Shown in pieces: positions 1-10,768 of a DNA stretch of 64,000 nt (the stretch's first letter is position 1; each line of letters starts with the position of its first letter). The stretch is taken from positions 64,001 through 128,000 of the forward strand of contig CAWJGT010000034.1 of NCBI GenBank assembly GCA_963842525.1, written 5' to 3'. This DNA is from an uncultured Holophagales bacterium (lineage in GTDB: Bacteria > Acidobacteriota > Thermoanaerobaculia > Multivoradales > UBA5704). Under the pieces are notes generated by a model. It did not search any database and was not told where the DNA came from. It worked only from the letters and a program-made list of their open reading frames with translations. The position numbers were made by a program, and so were the translations under genes.

Positions 1-165
<165 letters not shown>

Positions 166-169
<4 letters not shown>

Positions 170-2233
170 CCCCCGGTCGCTCCAGCCGCCGGCTTGGCCT
201 CTTCCTTGCCCTTCACCTCGACCTTGCCATCGTCGATCCAATAGAGGACGCGCGGGCCCTGGAGCTGGTTCCCCTGGCGGTCGCGCATCGTCACCCGGTC
301 GCCCGTGAACTCCACCCGGCGCTCCTCCATCCGGTAGACCGCCTTCTCCCCCTCGATGGTGCGCCCCTCCTTCGGGTCGTTCAAGCGGGCCTTGCCGGTG
401 CACGTCATGATCCTGGGCTTCTTCTCCTTGTTCAGCTCCACTTCGAGCCGCTGGCAGTTGAGGGTCTTCCCTTCCTGCTCCACCCGGACTTCCCCCGTAT
501 AGTTGAGGAACCCCTTCCCCTCCTCGTAGACCATCTCGTTCGCCAGCACCTCGATCGGGGCGCGCGAGCTCGCCGGGTCGTTCTTCCCCCCTTTCGCCGC
601 CGCGCCGGTCGCCTTCGGAGCTGCGGCGCCCTCCTTCTCGTCGGATACCCATAGGGTCTTCACTCCCCCGCTCGCCGTCAGCCGATCCTGCTCCTGGTCT
701 CCCCGGAGCTGCTCGGTGAGCATCAGGTTCTCGCCGCGCCAGGCGCGCACGTCGCCGCGGAACAGGAAGGAGGACGGCTTCTGGCGCCAGAAGGCCTCCC
801 GCGACTCTACATGGACCGGCCCCTCTCCCCCGGCCAGCGGCGAGCCGGCGAGCTCGGCGTCCGAGGCCTGCTTGAGGAGCGCACGTACGCCGCCCTGGGC
901 GTTCAGGATCTCGTTCGCCGTGTCGTAGAAGATGCGCGGCGCATCGAGGGTCCCCTTCTCGCTTTCCACCTGCACCGGATCGCCGAGGAGGTCGGCGCGG
1001 TTGGAGTCCATGTCGAGGGTCGCCCGGTTGCCCTGGGCGCGCACCTGGGGATCCTGGAAGGTGACCTCCTGGCCGAACAGGGTCGCCGTGTCGATCTGTC
1101 CGTCGGGCTTGAAGGCCGCCTCGGCCCGCTGGCCGCGGGCCACCCGGAGACCGGGCCGGCTGCCGGTCCGCGACATTCTCGCGCAGCTCGACGCCGCCGA
1201 AGGCATCGGCCTCGCTCAGCACCCCGTCCGCCAACACTCCTTCGACGCGCGGCGCAGTGAGGGTGCGCACCCCGCCGCCGCTCGCGCTCTCGACGGTGGC
1301 AGGGTCCAGCGCCTCGCCTTCGAGCTCGACCTTGCGGACCTGGTTGCCCTGCGGCGCCAGCATCACGGCCAGGTCCTTGCCGGAGAAGCGGACGACCGTC
1401 CCCGGCGTCCCCGGCTTGGCGCTCGCGGCCTGCTGCAGGTTCCCGGTCTGCCCCTTGACGTCCCACAGCGCCCGCAGGAAGACCAGGGAGCCCTCGTCCT
1501 CCGAGAGGTAGGCGCTGATCCGTTGGCCCTGGAGGGACTGCACGCCGCGCCGGATGCGGGCATCCCCTTCGATGCGCAGCAGGCGCCGCTTCCTCTCGTA
1601 GATGGCCCGCTGGGCCGAGGCCGTGACCGGGTTCTCCGTCCCGGGCACGCTGTCGATCCGCGCCTTGCCCTGGAGGACGAAGACCTCGTTCTCCACCTCG
1701 ACCCGCAGGCGCTCGCCGCGCACGATGTAGCGTCCGGCGTAGCGCAGCTCCACGGGGCGTGGGCCGAAGATCGTCTGCCCCTTGTCGCGGATCTGGAGCA
1801 CGGCCGTGCGCAGCTCCAGGCCCGAGGGCCCCTTGAGGACGACCTGGCCCTGGAGGCGGCCTTCGTTGCTCGTCCGGTTGAAGCTCGCCTGCCGGCTCTC
1901 GACGTGGAAGGGCTGGCCCTGCTCGTCATAGAAGGTGACCGCCACGCCGTCGAGGAAGATCGTCTCCTGCCGGTCGGCGCGGATGCTGTCGCCGCGGATG
2001 CGGAACACCGGCTTCTCCCGCTCGGTGAACGTGTAGTCGAAGTCCTCGCCGATGAGGAGCGTCCCCGCGCCCGCCTTGGTGTCTCCGTCCTCCGCGGCGC
2101 GCGGCCCGACCGGACCGCGCACCCGGCCGAACATGAACAGCCCCGCGACCGACGCGACCGCGACGACCAGCGCCAGGAGGAGCAGGTTGCGCAGGCGGGA
2201 GATCGTGGAGGGCTTGCGGCTCATCGGGCTCAT
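166..2233 (-). CDS. lptC: LptC/LptA (OstA-like beta-jellyroll) LPS transport periplasmic protein, long multi-domain form, frameshift near 1150
   Basis: N-terminal TM (NLLLLALVVAVASVAGLFMF), repeated OstA-like segments (LNYTGEVRVEQEGKTLNCQRLEV, GEKAVY, VEFTGD); directly upstream of lptB. Confidence 0.7.
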
Positions 2234-3913
2234 TCTACGGTTTGCGCAACGGGACGGCTGTCGATCAAACGCAACACCGGGCCACCGACCCAGGCATCGG
2301 CTTCGAGGCAGCCGAGGACCTCGAAGCTGTCGCCGAGGCTCGCGGCGCGCTCCTGCCATCCCCAGCCGACCAGATCGAGGCGGGCGCCGTCGGAGCCGCG
2401 GGCTTTCAGGGACAGGTGGCCCTTGCCGAACGGCCGCGGCGGTCCATCGGAGCGGAGCGGCCCGGTCCGCACCACCGGCCGCGGGTTGCCCTGACCGAAC
2501 GGCTCGAGCCGGGCGATCTCGGCGAGCAGGCCGCCGGTGACCTCGCGCGGCGCGAGATGAAGCTCGTATTCGTAGCGGCGGGCGAGGAGCGCTTCCGGCC
2601 AGACGGCGGCCGCCTCCTCCCACTCCTGCCGCAATGCGTCCAACAGATCGGGACGCACCGTTCAGTCCCACGGCTTGGGAATGCCCGCCGAAACGCTCCA
2701 TCCGCTCCTGCCAGCGCGCCAGAAAGCCGTGCAGCTCGATGCCCGGCAGGCTGCGCCCCGAGCCCGTGGCGCGGTCGCCCTCGACCGCCAGGAGCACGGT
2801 CGGGCGGTGCAGCTCCTTGGCGATCCGCCCGGCCGCCACGCCCACCACCCCCTTGTGCCAGTGCGGGCTCCAGGCCACCAGGATCGGCGGCAGCGGCGAC
2901 CGCGCGCCAAGTTGCCGTCCCGCATCCTCCACCACCCGCATCTCCTCGACCTGCCGGTCGCGGTTCCAGCCGTCGAGCTCGGCGGCCAGCTCGCGGGCGC
3001 GCTGCGGATCGCGGCTCATCAGCAGCTCCAGCGCCCGCTCCGGGCTGTGCAGGCGTCCCGCCGCATTGATCCGCGGCCCGAGCCGGAAGCCCACGTCGGC
3101 GGCGGAAAACGGCGGCTTGATGCCCGACCTCTCGATGAGCGCCTTCAGGCCGTGGGAGCGCGCCTGCGCCAGCGCCTCCAGGCCGAGAGCGGCGATGACC
3201 CGGTTCTCCCCGCGCAACGGCACCAGGTCGGCGATAGTGCCGAGGCAGGCGATCCGCAGCAGGGGCGGCAGGTCCACGGGACGGCCGCAGCGCCCGGCGA
3301 CCGCGATGCACAGCTTGAGCGCCAGGCCGACCGCCGCCAGGTCGGGGAACGGATAGGAGCAGCACGCCTGGCGGGGGTTGATGTGCAGCGTCCCGGCCGG
3401 CAGCTCACAGCCGGGCAGATGATGGTCGGTCACCACCACGTCGATGCCCACCGCCTGGGCCCGTTCGATCGCCGACGCCGACGAGCTGCCGCAGTCCGCG
3501 GTGACGATCAGGGTACAGCCGAGGTCGCGGGCGCGGTCGGCGTGGACCGGCTGAAAGCCATAGCCTTCGCGCAGCCGGTGCGGCAGGACCGGCAACACGT
3601 CGCAGCCGCAGGCTCCGAGCACGGCGAGCAGCAGGGCCGTGGCGGTGATGCCGTCGACGTCGTAGTCGCCGACCACCGCGATCTTCTCGCCCCGGTCGCG
3701 TGCCTGAACGAGGCGCTCGACGACCGCCTCCATGCCGGCGAGCAGAAAGGGATCGTGAAGCTGGTCCAGGGACGGCTTGAGGAAGCGGTCGGCGCCGGGC
3801 CCGTCCACCACCCCGCGGCGGGCCAGCAGAGCCGCCATCCAGCCCGGGATTCCGGCCCGCTCGATCGAGGCGACGGCGTCCGGCACCGGAGCGGCTACCC
3901 ACTCCGCGGGCAC
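2230..3913 (-). CDS. recJ: Single-stranded-DNA-specific exonuclease RecJ (several frameshifts)
   Basis: GDYDVDG, VTDHH, GTIADLVPL-GENR, GPRINAAGRL, GSGRS, FGGH, LEPFGQGNPRP motifs spread over shifting frames. Confidence 0.9.
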
Positions 3914-3920
3914 CGCGCCG

Positions 3921-4874
3921 TTACCCCTCGTCGTAGACCCCGAGGGCCCGGAACTTGTCGTAGCGGCGGGCGACGAGCTCTGCCGGAGACAGGCGGAGAA
4001 GCTCCCCGAGAGCCTTCTCCAGCACGTCCCCCACCCGGCGGCACGTCTCCTCGGGGTCGGTGTGCGCACCGCCGGGGGGCTCGGGAATGATCTCGTCGAC
4101 GACGCCGAGCTGCTTCAAGTCCGGCGCGGTCATCCGCATGGCCTCGGCGGCCTCGGCCTTCTTCTCCTGGTCCTTCCAGAGGATGGCCGCGCACCCCTCG
4201 GGCGAGATCACCGAGTAGGTCGCGTACTCCAGGATGTAGACCCGGTCGCCCACGCCGAGCGCCAGCGCGCCGCCGCTCCCTCCCTCGCCGGTGATGGTGA
4301 CGATGACGGGGACCTCGAGGCCGGCCATCTCGATCAGGTTGCGCGCGATGGCCTCGGCCTGGCCGCGCTCCTCGGCATCGATCCCGGGATAGGCCCCGGC
4401 CGTGTCGATGAAGGTCAGGATCGGGAGGCCGAACCGCTCGGCCGTCTTCATGATGCGCAGCGCCTTGCGGTAGCCCTCGGGCCGCGGCTGGCCGAAGTTG
4501 CGCCAGATCCGCTCCTTGGTGTCGCGCCCCTTCTCATGGCCGATGACCGCGACGCTGCGTCCGCGGAAAGTCGCCAGGCCCGCCACGATGGCGGCGTCGT
4601 CCGCGAAGGCGCGGTCGCCGTGGAGCTCCACCCAGTTTTCCATCAGGAATTGGACGTAGTCGAGGATATACGGCCGGTCCGCATGCCGGGCGACGAGCGT
4701 CTTCTGCCACCGGCTGAGATTGCCGTAGATGTCGGCCGTGGTCTTCCGCAGCGAGGTCCGGAGCCGCTCCATCTCCTTCTCCTGGCTGCTCCCCGCCGGA
4801 TAGCCCTCCAGCTCCTCGATCCGCTTCCGGATCTCGACGAGCTCGGCGTCGAAGTTGGTCTCGGTCCGTTGCAT
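3921..4874 (-). CDS. accA: Acetyl-CoA carboxylase carboxyltransferase alpha
   Basis: ELHGDRAFADD, RNFGQPRPEGYRKALR, DTAGAYPG, GEGGSGGALA, SVISPEGCAAILW. Confidence 0.97.
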   Translation of the reverse strand: MQRTETNFDAELVEIRKRIEELEGYPAGSSQEKEMERLRTSLRKTTADIYGNLSRWQKTLVARHADRPYILDYVQFLMENWVELHGDRAFADDAAIVAGLATFRGRSVAVIGHEKGRDTKERIWRNFGQPRPEGYRKALRIMKTAERFGLPILTFIDTAGAYPGIDAEERGQAEAIARNLIEMAGLEVPVIVTITGEGGSGGALALGVGDRVYILEYATYSVISPEGCAAILWKDQEKKAEAAEAMRMTAPDLKQLGVVDEIIPEPPGGAHTDPEETCRRVGDVLEKALGELLRLSPAELVARRYDKFRALGVYDEG

Positions 4875-5090
4875 GCCGCCGGGCAAGGTAGCAAAGCGGG
4901 GGGCGGAGGTCAAACCCATGCCGCAGAGCGGCAATGTCGGCGCGCCGACATTTCTGCGGATGTTGCAATGGTCGTAGATTCGGCGATCGCAGAAAGGACG
5001 ACAGGACGATAAGGACACAAAGGACAGCAGAGGAAGGCGTGTTCCCCTGTTGTCCTTGATGTCCTTGTCGTCCTTGTGGTCCTTTGTTCT

Positions 5091-7541
5091 CTACAGCAAC
5101 TGCTGCGGATCCACATCCACCACCAGCCCCGCCGGCGGGTTGCCCTGCAGGACGTCCTCGAGCAGGCGGTGGAGGTCCTTGCCGCTGGCCGAGCGGGCGA
5201 GGAGCTGGAAGCGCCACTCCCCTCTCAGCCTTTCCAGAGGAGCCGGGGCGGGGCCGGTGATGCGGACCGAGCGAGCGAGCGGGTGGGCGGACAGGTCTGC
5301 CGAGAGATCCGAGATGACCGACCAGGCCTTGTCCCGGTTCTTGTCCCGCGCCAGGAGCTGGACCATCCGGGTATAGGGCGGATAGTGGAAGACGCGGCGG
5401 AAGCGCATCTCTTCCCGCATGAAGCCTTCGTCGTCCTGGTGCAGGGCTGCCTGGATCGCATAGTGGTCGGGATGGAAGGTCTGGATCACCACGCGGCCGG
5501 GCCTGTCTCCCCGACCGGCGCGGCCCGCGACCTGGGTCAAAAGGTTGTAGGTGCGCTCGACGGCGCGGAAGTCGGGAAAGCCCAGGTAGGCGTCGGCCGC
5601 CAGGACCGCGGTCAATGCCACGCGCGGGAAGTGGTGTCCCTTCGAGACCATCTGGGTGCCGATGAGGACCTGCACCTCGCCGCGGCCGAAGCGTTCGAGC
5701 ACGGCCGCCGGACCGCCGGGGCGGCGCGCGGTGTCGCGGTCGAGCACATCAACCGTGGCCTCGGGGAAGAGCTCGCGGAAGGTCTCCTCCACCCGCTCGG
5801 TGCCGGCGCCGATCGGCTCCAGGGCCTCCTCGGAGCAGGCCGGGCAGCGCGCCGGCACGGAGAGCGTCGAGCCGCAGTAGTGGCAGACGAGCCGCCGGTC
5901 CCGCCGGTGCAGGGTGCGCGGCAGGCCGCAGTCCGGACAGCGGAAGTCCTCGCCGCACGCGCGGCAGAGGAGCACAGGCGCATACCCGCGCCGGTTGCGC
6001 AGCAGGATGATCTGGTCGCCCGCCGCCAGCGCCTCCCGGATCTCGAGTTGCAACCGCTCGGAGAACGCCACGTCGCCGGGCCGCCGCGACACCCCCTCCT
6101 GCCGCAGGTCGACCAGGATGCCTTCGGGCAGCGTCCCCTGCCCCGCCCGCGCGGTCAGCACCAGCGGCTCCAGCTTGCCGCGCTCAACGTTGTACCGGCT
6201 CTCCAGGCTCGGCGTCGCCGAGACCAGCAGCACGGCCGCGCCCGCGTCCCGGCCACGGACCAGGGCGAGGTCGCGGGCGTGATAGCGCGGGGCGACCTCC
6301 TGCTTGTACGAGGTGTCCTGCTCCTCGTCGACCACGAGCAGGCCGAGGTCCGAGACCGGCGCGAACAGCGCCGAGCGGGGACCCAGGATGACCCGCGCCT
6401 CGCCGCGGCGGATCCGCTCCCACTCCTGGTGCCGTTCCCCCGTGCCCAGGCCCGAGTGCAGGATGGCGAGCCGCTCGCCGAACCGGCGCTCCACAGCCCG
6501 CGCCAGGGCGGGCACGAGCGCGATCTCCGGCACCAGCAGGATCGCCGACCGGCCGCGCTCCAGGGCCGCCTCGCCCGCGCGGAGGTAAACCTCGGTCTTG
6601 CCCGAGCCGGTCATCCCCTGAAGAAGGAACGGTGCGAACTCGCGCCGCTCCATCACATCCGTGAGCCGCCGCAGCGCCGTCGCCTGGTCCGGCCGGAGGA
6701 CGATCCCGCCGGGGGCCTCCTCCGGGATCGTCATCATGTGCCGGTCGAGCGACAGCCGCTCGACCTGGGTGAACTGGCGGAGCACGCCGAGCGAGATCAG
6801 CCGGCGCAACACCGCGGGAGTGCAACCCACCGCGGCCACCACCTCGGCCGTGGTGGCCGGGCGGCCGATCGCGGACAGGTATTCGATGACCGCCTTGCCC
6901 GGCGCCGACCGGCCGGCCGTGGCGAAATGGGTGGCGAGGCCGCCCGGAGCGAGCTCGACAGCCGTCACATAGCGTGGGGACCGGCTGGATCCGGACCGCT
7001 CCTCGGCCTCGCCGGCGATCCTCCCCCGCACGCCCAGGTCGGCGATCACCCGGCCGAGGTCATCGATCCCCGTGCACGCCTGGATCTCGGCGATCGACAT
7101 CCGGCCGCCCTCGCGCAGCGCTTCGAGCACCAGCCGCTCCTCCGGAGTCCGCGGCAGGGAGAGCGCCCCGGCATCGGTCAGCCACACCCGGCGGTCCCCC
7201 CAGGGCGGCAGGTCGGACGGCAGCATGGTGCGGAAGACCTCGCCCACGGGAGCGTAGTAGTAGTCGGCCATGAACCGTCCCAGCTCCAGCAGATCCTTGG
7301 GAAGGATCGGCTCGCGGTCGATCACCTCCTCGAGAGGACGCAGGTTGACCCCCTCGGGCCGCCGGTCATGGACCGCCACGATCACCCCCATCAGCCGGCG
7401 CTTCCCCACCCGCACCCGCGCCCGCGCTCCAGGTAATGCCAGGGACCGGAACGCCGGCGGGATCTCGTACGTCAGAGCATCCGGGAGGGGCACAGGCAGG
7501 GCGACCTCGGCGTAGAGGGGGGTGGAAGGCGAGGGCATCAC
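5091..7541 (-). CDS. priA: Primosomal protein N' helicase
   Basis: GMTGSGKTEVY, LVPEIAL, DEEQD-SYKQ, SATPSLES, four CxxC pairs, GTQMVSKGHHFP, QVAGRAGR, VDVDPQQLL. Confidence 0.97.
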   Translation of the reverse strand: MMPSPSTPLYAEVALPVPLPDALTYEIPPAFRSLALPGARARVRVGKRRLMGVIVAVHDRRPEGVNLRPLEEVIDREPILPKDLLELGRFMADYYYAPVGEVFRTMLPSDLPPWGDRRVWLTDAGALSLPRTPEERLVLEALREGGRMSIAEIQACTGIDDLGRVIADLGVRGRIAGEAEERSGSSRSPRYVTAVELAPGGLATHFATAGRSAPGKAVIEYLSAIGRPATTAEVVAAVGCTPAVLRRLISLGVLRQFTQVERLSLDRHMMTIPEEAPGGIVLRPDQATALRRLTDVMERREFAPFLLQGMTGSGKTEVYLRAGEAALERGRSAILLVPEIALVPALARAVERRFGERLAILHSGLGTGERHQEWERIRRGEARVILGPRSALFAPVSDLGLLVVDEEQDTSYKQEVAPRYHARDLALVRGRDAGAAVLLVSATPSLESRYNVERGKLEPLVLTARAGQGTLPEGILVDLRQEGVSRRPGDVAFSERLQLEIREALAAGDQIILLRNRRGYAPVLLCRACGEDFRCPDCGLPRTLHRRDRRLVCHYCGSTLSVPARCPACSEEALEPIGAGTERVEETFRELFPEATVDVLDRDTARRPGGPAAVLERFGRGEVQVLIGTQMVSKGHHFPRVALTAVLAADAYLGFPDFRAVERTYNLLTQVAGRAGRGDRPGRVVIQTFHPDHYAIQAALHQDDEGFMREEMRFRRVFHYPPYTRMVQLLARDKNRDKAWSVISDLSADLSAHPLARSVRITGPAPAPLERLRGEWRFQLLARSASGKDLHRLLEDVLQGNPPAGLVVDVDPQQLL

Positions 7542-7594
7542 AGGGGGCTAATCGTGGCACAGAACCGGGGATGCCCGGTCAGGGGGACAAAAAA

Positions 7595-8040
7595 TCAGTG
7601 CCGGACGAACAGGGGGACGACCTGGGTACGGACTTCCTCCAGATAGTCGGCAAGGCCGGTGAGGCGTCCCCTGGTCCTCAATGTCTCCAGGTCGGTGTCC
7701 CTCCAACATGCCTCCTCGCGGTGCAGGAGACCCCTGAGGAGCCTTTCCAGAACCCGTTTCGCGCTGCGGGCGGCGCCTGGGCTCTTCGCCCGCAGCCTCT
7801 CAGCTTGAAGACGAGGATCGAAGCGAATCTCCGCCTGCACCTCTGCCAGGACGCGGCTTTCCGTCTCGCCCTGCGGCTCAAAGCCAGCCAGGAGCCAGCT
7901 CTCGCGCTCGGGATGGGCAACCCCGATTGCGACCGCAAACGGCCACTCCCGCTCTTTCCGTGCCTGGTGGAGACCGGTTCGGCGCTCCTCTTGACCGTCG
8001 CTGTCGCGACCGCGAGCAGATAGGCACCGGACAGGCTCAT
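7595..8040 (-). pseudogene. AAA-ATPase partner protein (DUF4276/TOPRIM-like), apparently N-terminally deleted and frameshifted
   Basis: ATG overlaps the ATPase stop; alternative frame gives RDSDGQEERRTGLHQAR..WPFAVAIGVAHPERESWLLAGFEP..CWRDTDLETLR..GLADYLEEV. Confidence 0.5.
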
Positions 8041-9090
8041 TCCGCCCTGGCCGGCTCTGGCTCTTTCTTGGTAATCCAGCTTTCTCCGACCGTGCTCCAG
8101 AACTCGCCGGGAGCCATCAAGCCCTTCCAGCGCTCGTATTCAGGATGGTCGGTCAGGGGCCGGACGGCGGCATAACCGTCCTCATCAAGGCTCGTCAGGA
8201 GAACCTCTTCCGCCTCGACGAAGTCGAGCAGGTACGGCGAGTGGCTGGTCGCGACGATCTGGAAGCTCGGGATTCTGTTCCTGGACTCGCCGGAGCTGCT
8301 GCACGAGATCACCGAGGGCACGAGGATGGAGGCCTCTCTCCAGATCGTCGATCAGAAGGAGCTGAGGGGGGTGCGGAACAGCCAGAACCGTTAGGAGTCC
8401 CAAAGTTAGAAGGGTCCCGTCGCTCACAGCACGAGCAGGAATACCTTCTGCCCCTTGCATGTCAAAAACGAGTTCGTAGCCGATCTGGCCTCCAGCAGGC
8501 GCTCGACGAACGTGGAGGTCCTTGACTCCCGCAACCACGCTCCTCAACCGCTCAACCAGAGATCGAAAGCGGGAGGCATCTTCAAGATAGAGCCCCGCGA
8601 TCACAGAGGATAGACCGTCTCCGTCCTTTGGTAGCACGAGACTCGTTGTCTTCGGGTAAGAAGGTGAGGCGAGTTTCACCACATCGAGCTTCAGAACAAC
8701 AGCAGGGCGGGCAAATAGCTCTATCGCTCCGGCTTTGACGTGACCGGTACGAGTCCTTCCGTCCCCTATGGGTGGAATGGTCGCAACCGGAATGTCCTGG
8801 TCCAACACGATCTCGGGAGAAAACTCTCGCCCATCGGACCTAGCGGAGAAACCGAGAGCCGTTGGCCCCTTGGAGGATCTGCTTCGAAAAAGCTCAATGG
8901 CGCTCTCCTCCCGGAAGATCTGGGCCAATGTCGATTCGCTCTTCGTGAAAGAGGCCGTGATCAAGAAGAGCGCTTGCAGGATGCTGCTCTTCCCCGAAGC
9001 GTTCGGCCCCACGATGACCGTGAGCGGACGCAGTCCCACCTCGACATCCCGCAAGACCTTGAAGTTCTGGAGTGTCAGCTTCTCGATCAC
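8037..9090 (-). CDS. ABC/SMC-type AAA ATPase (AAA_21-like), frameshift near 8265
   Basis: IEKLTLQNFKVL start, Walker A GPNASGKS, signature VSDGT, Walker B LLLIDDLERGLHP, H-loop ATSHSP. Confidence 0.85.
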
Positions 9091-9301
9091 GGTTATCCGC
9101 TCGCTATCGTACTGGCACACCAGTACTTTACCACTAGGCATCGGCTGGCCTCTCATGCTCCAGCCAGATGCGGCCGGCCCGGCAACATGTGGTCGATGCT
9201 GCGGGGCAGGAACATGGGGGGTTTCGGCTCCAGGCAAATCATCAACACGGTCGTGTTTCGCAGCCATCTGCGCTGAAACACTAGGGTGTTTCGTAGGGCC
9301 A

Positions 9302-9616
9302 GCCCTCAGGGTCGAGCGCGGCGCCCTCAGGGTCCCGCGCGATGCTCCCAAGGGCGAGACCCCTGCCCTCAGGGGCGAGCGGCTTGCCCCTGGGGGCAAG
9401 ACCACTGCCTCCAGGGTCCAGTGTGCCGACCCTAGGCGCGAGAGCGATGCCCTCAAGGTCCAGCGTGACGCCCTCAGGGTCCACTGTCACGCCATCCAGG
9501 GCAACTGCAACACCCTCAGGGGCCTGTGTGTGGCCCCGCAGGTCCGGCCGAAAACCTTCCGGGGCCTCATTCAGACAGCGAATCCCCGCAGAGCCGCCCT
9601 GGTCCACGACCACCAC
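9302..9616. repeat. Degenerate 21-nt tandem repeat array (~15 units, core GCCCTCAGGGTC)
   Basis: GCCCTCAGGGTC-N9 periodicity visible directly; translates as heptads ALRVERG/ALRVPRD/ALRGERL/ALKVQRD/ALRVHCH. Confidence 0.8.
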
Positions 9617-9672
9617 CCATCCGAAGGCGACCCAGACGTGACCTTGATAAAATGCCTCGGGCTCCTCCCACC

Positions 9673-10077
9673 ATGGCCGACTTCGACGTCTTCCTCAGCT
9701 ACAACAACAAGGACAAGCCCATCGTCCGCCAGACCGCGGCCGAGCTGCGCGCTCGTGGCATCACGCCTTGGCTGGACGAGGAGGTCCTCCTGCCGGGCGA
9801 CCGTTGGCAGGACGAAATCGAGACGATCGTCCGCACCTGCAGGACCGCCGCCGTCCTCTACGGCCCCAGCGGCATCGGCCCGTGGCAGGAGCCCGAGATG
9901 CGGGGTTGTCTCAAGGAATTCGTGCGACGAAGGTTGCACGTCATCCCTGTCCTGCTGCCCGGCGCGCCGACCCCCGGAGAGAAGGCTTGCAGCGAGGCCT
10001 TGAGGGACTCTTGGGGCACGGAGGCGAATCCTACGATCTGCTCTGAAGCCGTGCGCAAAACCACGCCTGCCGTGTGA
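9673..10077 (+). pseudogene. TIR (TIR_2) domain, truncated
   Basis: MADFDVFLSYNNKDK..GITPWLDEEVLLPGDRWQDEIE..GIGPWQEPEM..VIPVLLPGAP, then unrelated sequence. Confidence 0.8.
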
Positions 10078-10129
10078 TGCGGGTTCGAGGAGGCAGGGAT
10101 CTTGATAAACTTCTTCGGGCTCCCCCACC

Positions 10130-10293
10130 ATGGCCAACTTCGACATCTTCCTCAGCCACAACAACAAGGACAAGCCCGTCGGCGCGCACTCGCCATCTTG
10201 GAGAACAGCCTGCCTCCGGGCCACCCGAATACGGAAACCGTGCGGCGGAATTGGGAGGCGCTCCTGGAGGAGAAAGGCACCGAAGGCACATAA
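10130..10293 (+). pseudogene. Remnant of TIR...TPR gene (first ~17 codons joined to last TPR helix)
   Basis: MANFDIFLSHNNKDKPV joined out of frame to RALAILENSLPPGHPNTETVRRNWEALL*; upstream region duplicates 9642-9725. Confidence 0.7.
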
Positions 10294-10310
10294 CCCGCCG
10301 AGCCGTTTTT

Positions 10311-10426
10311 CCCTGGGACCGCGGGCGTCTCGCCCGCCCTCCACGGCGGTTCGGGCCGGCGTAGAGATTCCGGCAACGCAACGGTCGCTGGGAGTCTGTG
10401 CGGGCGGGACGCCCGCGGTCCCAGGG
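10311..10426. repeat. REP-like palindrome, type A (CCCTGGGACCGCGGGCGTCTCGCCCGC..GCGGGCGGGACGCCCGCGGTCCCAGGG)
   Basis: 27-nt near-perfect inverted arms; second copy at 59090. Confidence 0.85.
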
Positions 10427-10430
10427 GGGT

Positions 10431-10524
10431 GAAATCGATAACACGTGACGTGGAATCGATCCAGGGTGACGCTGGATCGATCCAGATGACTCTGAATCGA
10501 TTCCATGCGGCTCAGGATCGACCC
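10431..10524. repeat. Short 21-nt period array (4-5 units, ATCGAT core)
   Basis: GAAATCGATAACACGTGACGT / GGAATCGATCCAGGGTGACGC / TGGATCGATCCAGATGACTCT / GAATCGATTCCATGCGGCTCA / GGATCGA. Confidence 0.65.
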
Positions 10525-10751
10525 TGGCCGCCCCCATTCCGGCAGCTCTCCGAACAGAACGGCTCCCCTCCCCCGCCGACCAGAGCGCGCGAGGGTAGGA
10601 TGTAGGTGCCGCAGCGGGCGCAGGCGACCAGCGGCTCGGCGGGCGGCTCGGGGGACCTCGGAGCGGCGGGGAGCCGGAGGCGATTCACCAGGCTCACCAG
10701 GCCAAGGTAGACCAGGTACGCCAGGACGGTGAAGAGGAGCAGCTTGGCCAT
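10512..10751 (-). CDS. Small membrane-anchored Zn-finger protein (PP0621-like)
   Basis: N-terminal TM, LVACARCGTYI..AL..FCSESC. Confidence 0.75.
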   Translation of the reverse strand: MAKLLLFTVLAYLVYLGLVSLVNRLRLPAAPRSPEPPAEPLVACARCGTYILPSRALVGGGGEPFCSESCRNGGGQGRS

Positions 10752-10768
10752 CTCTGCTCCTCGGTCCG

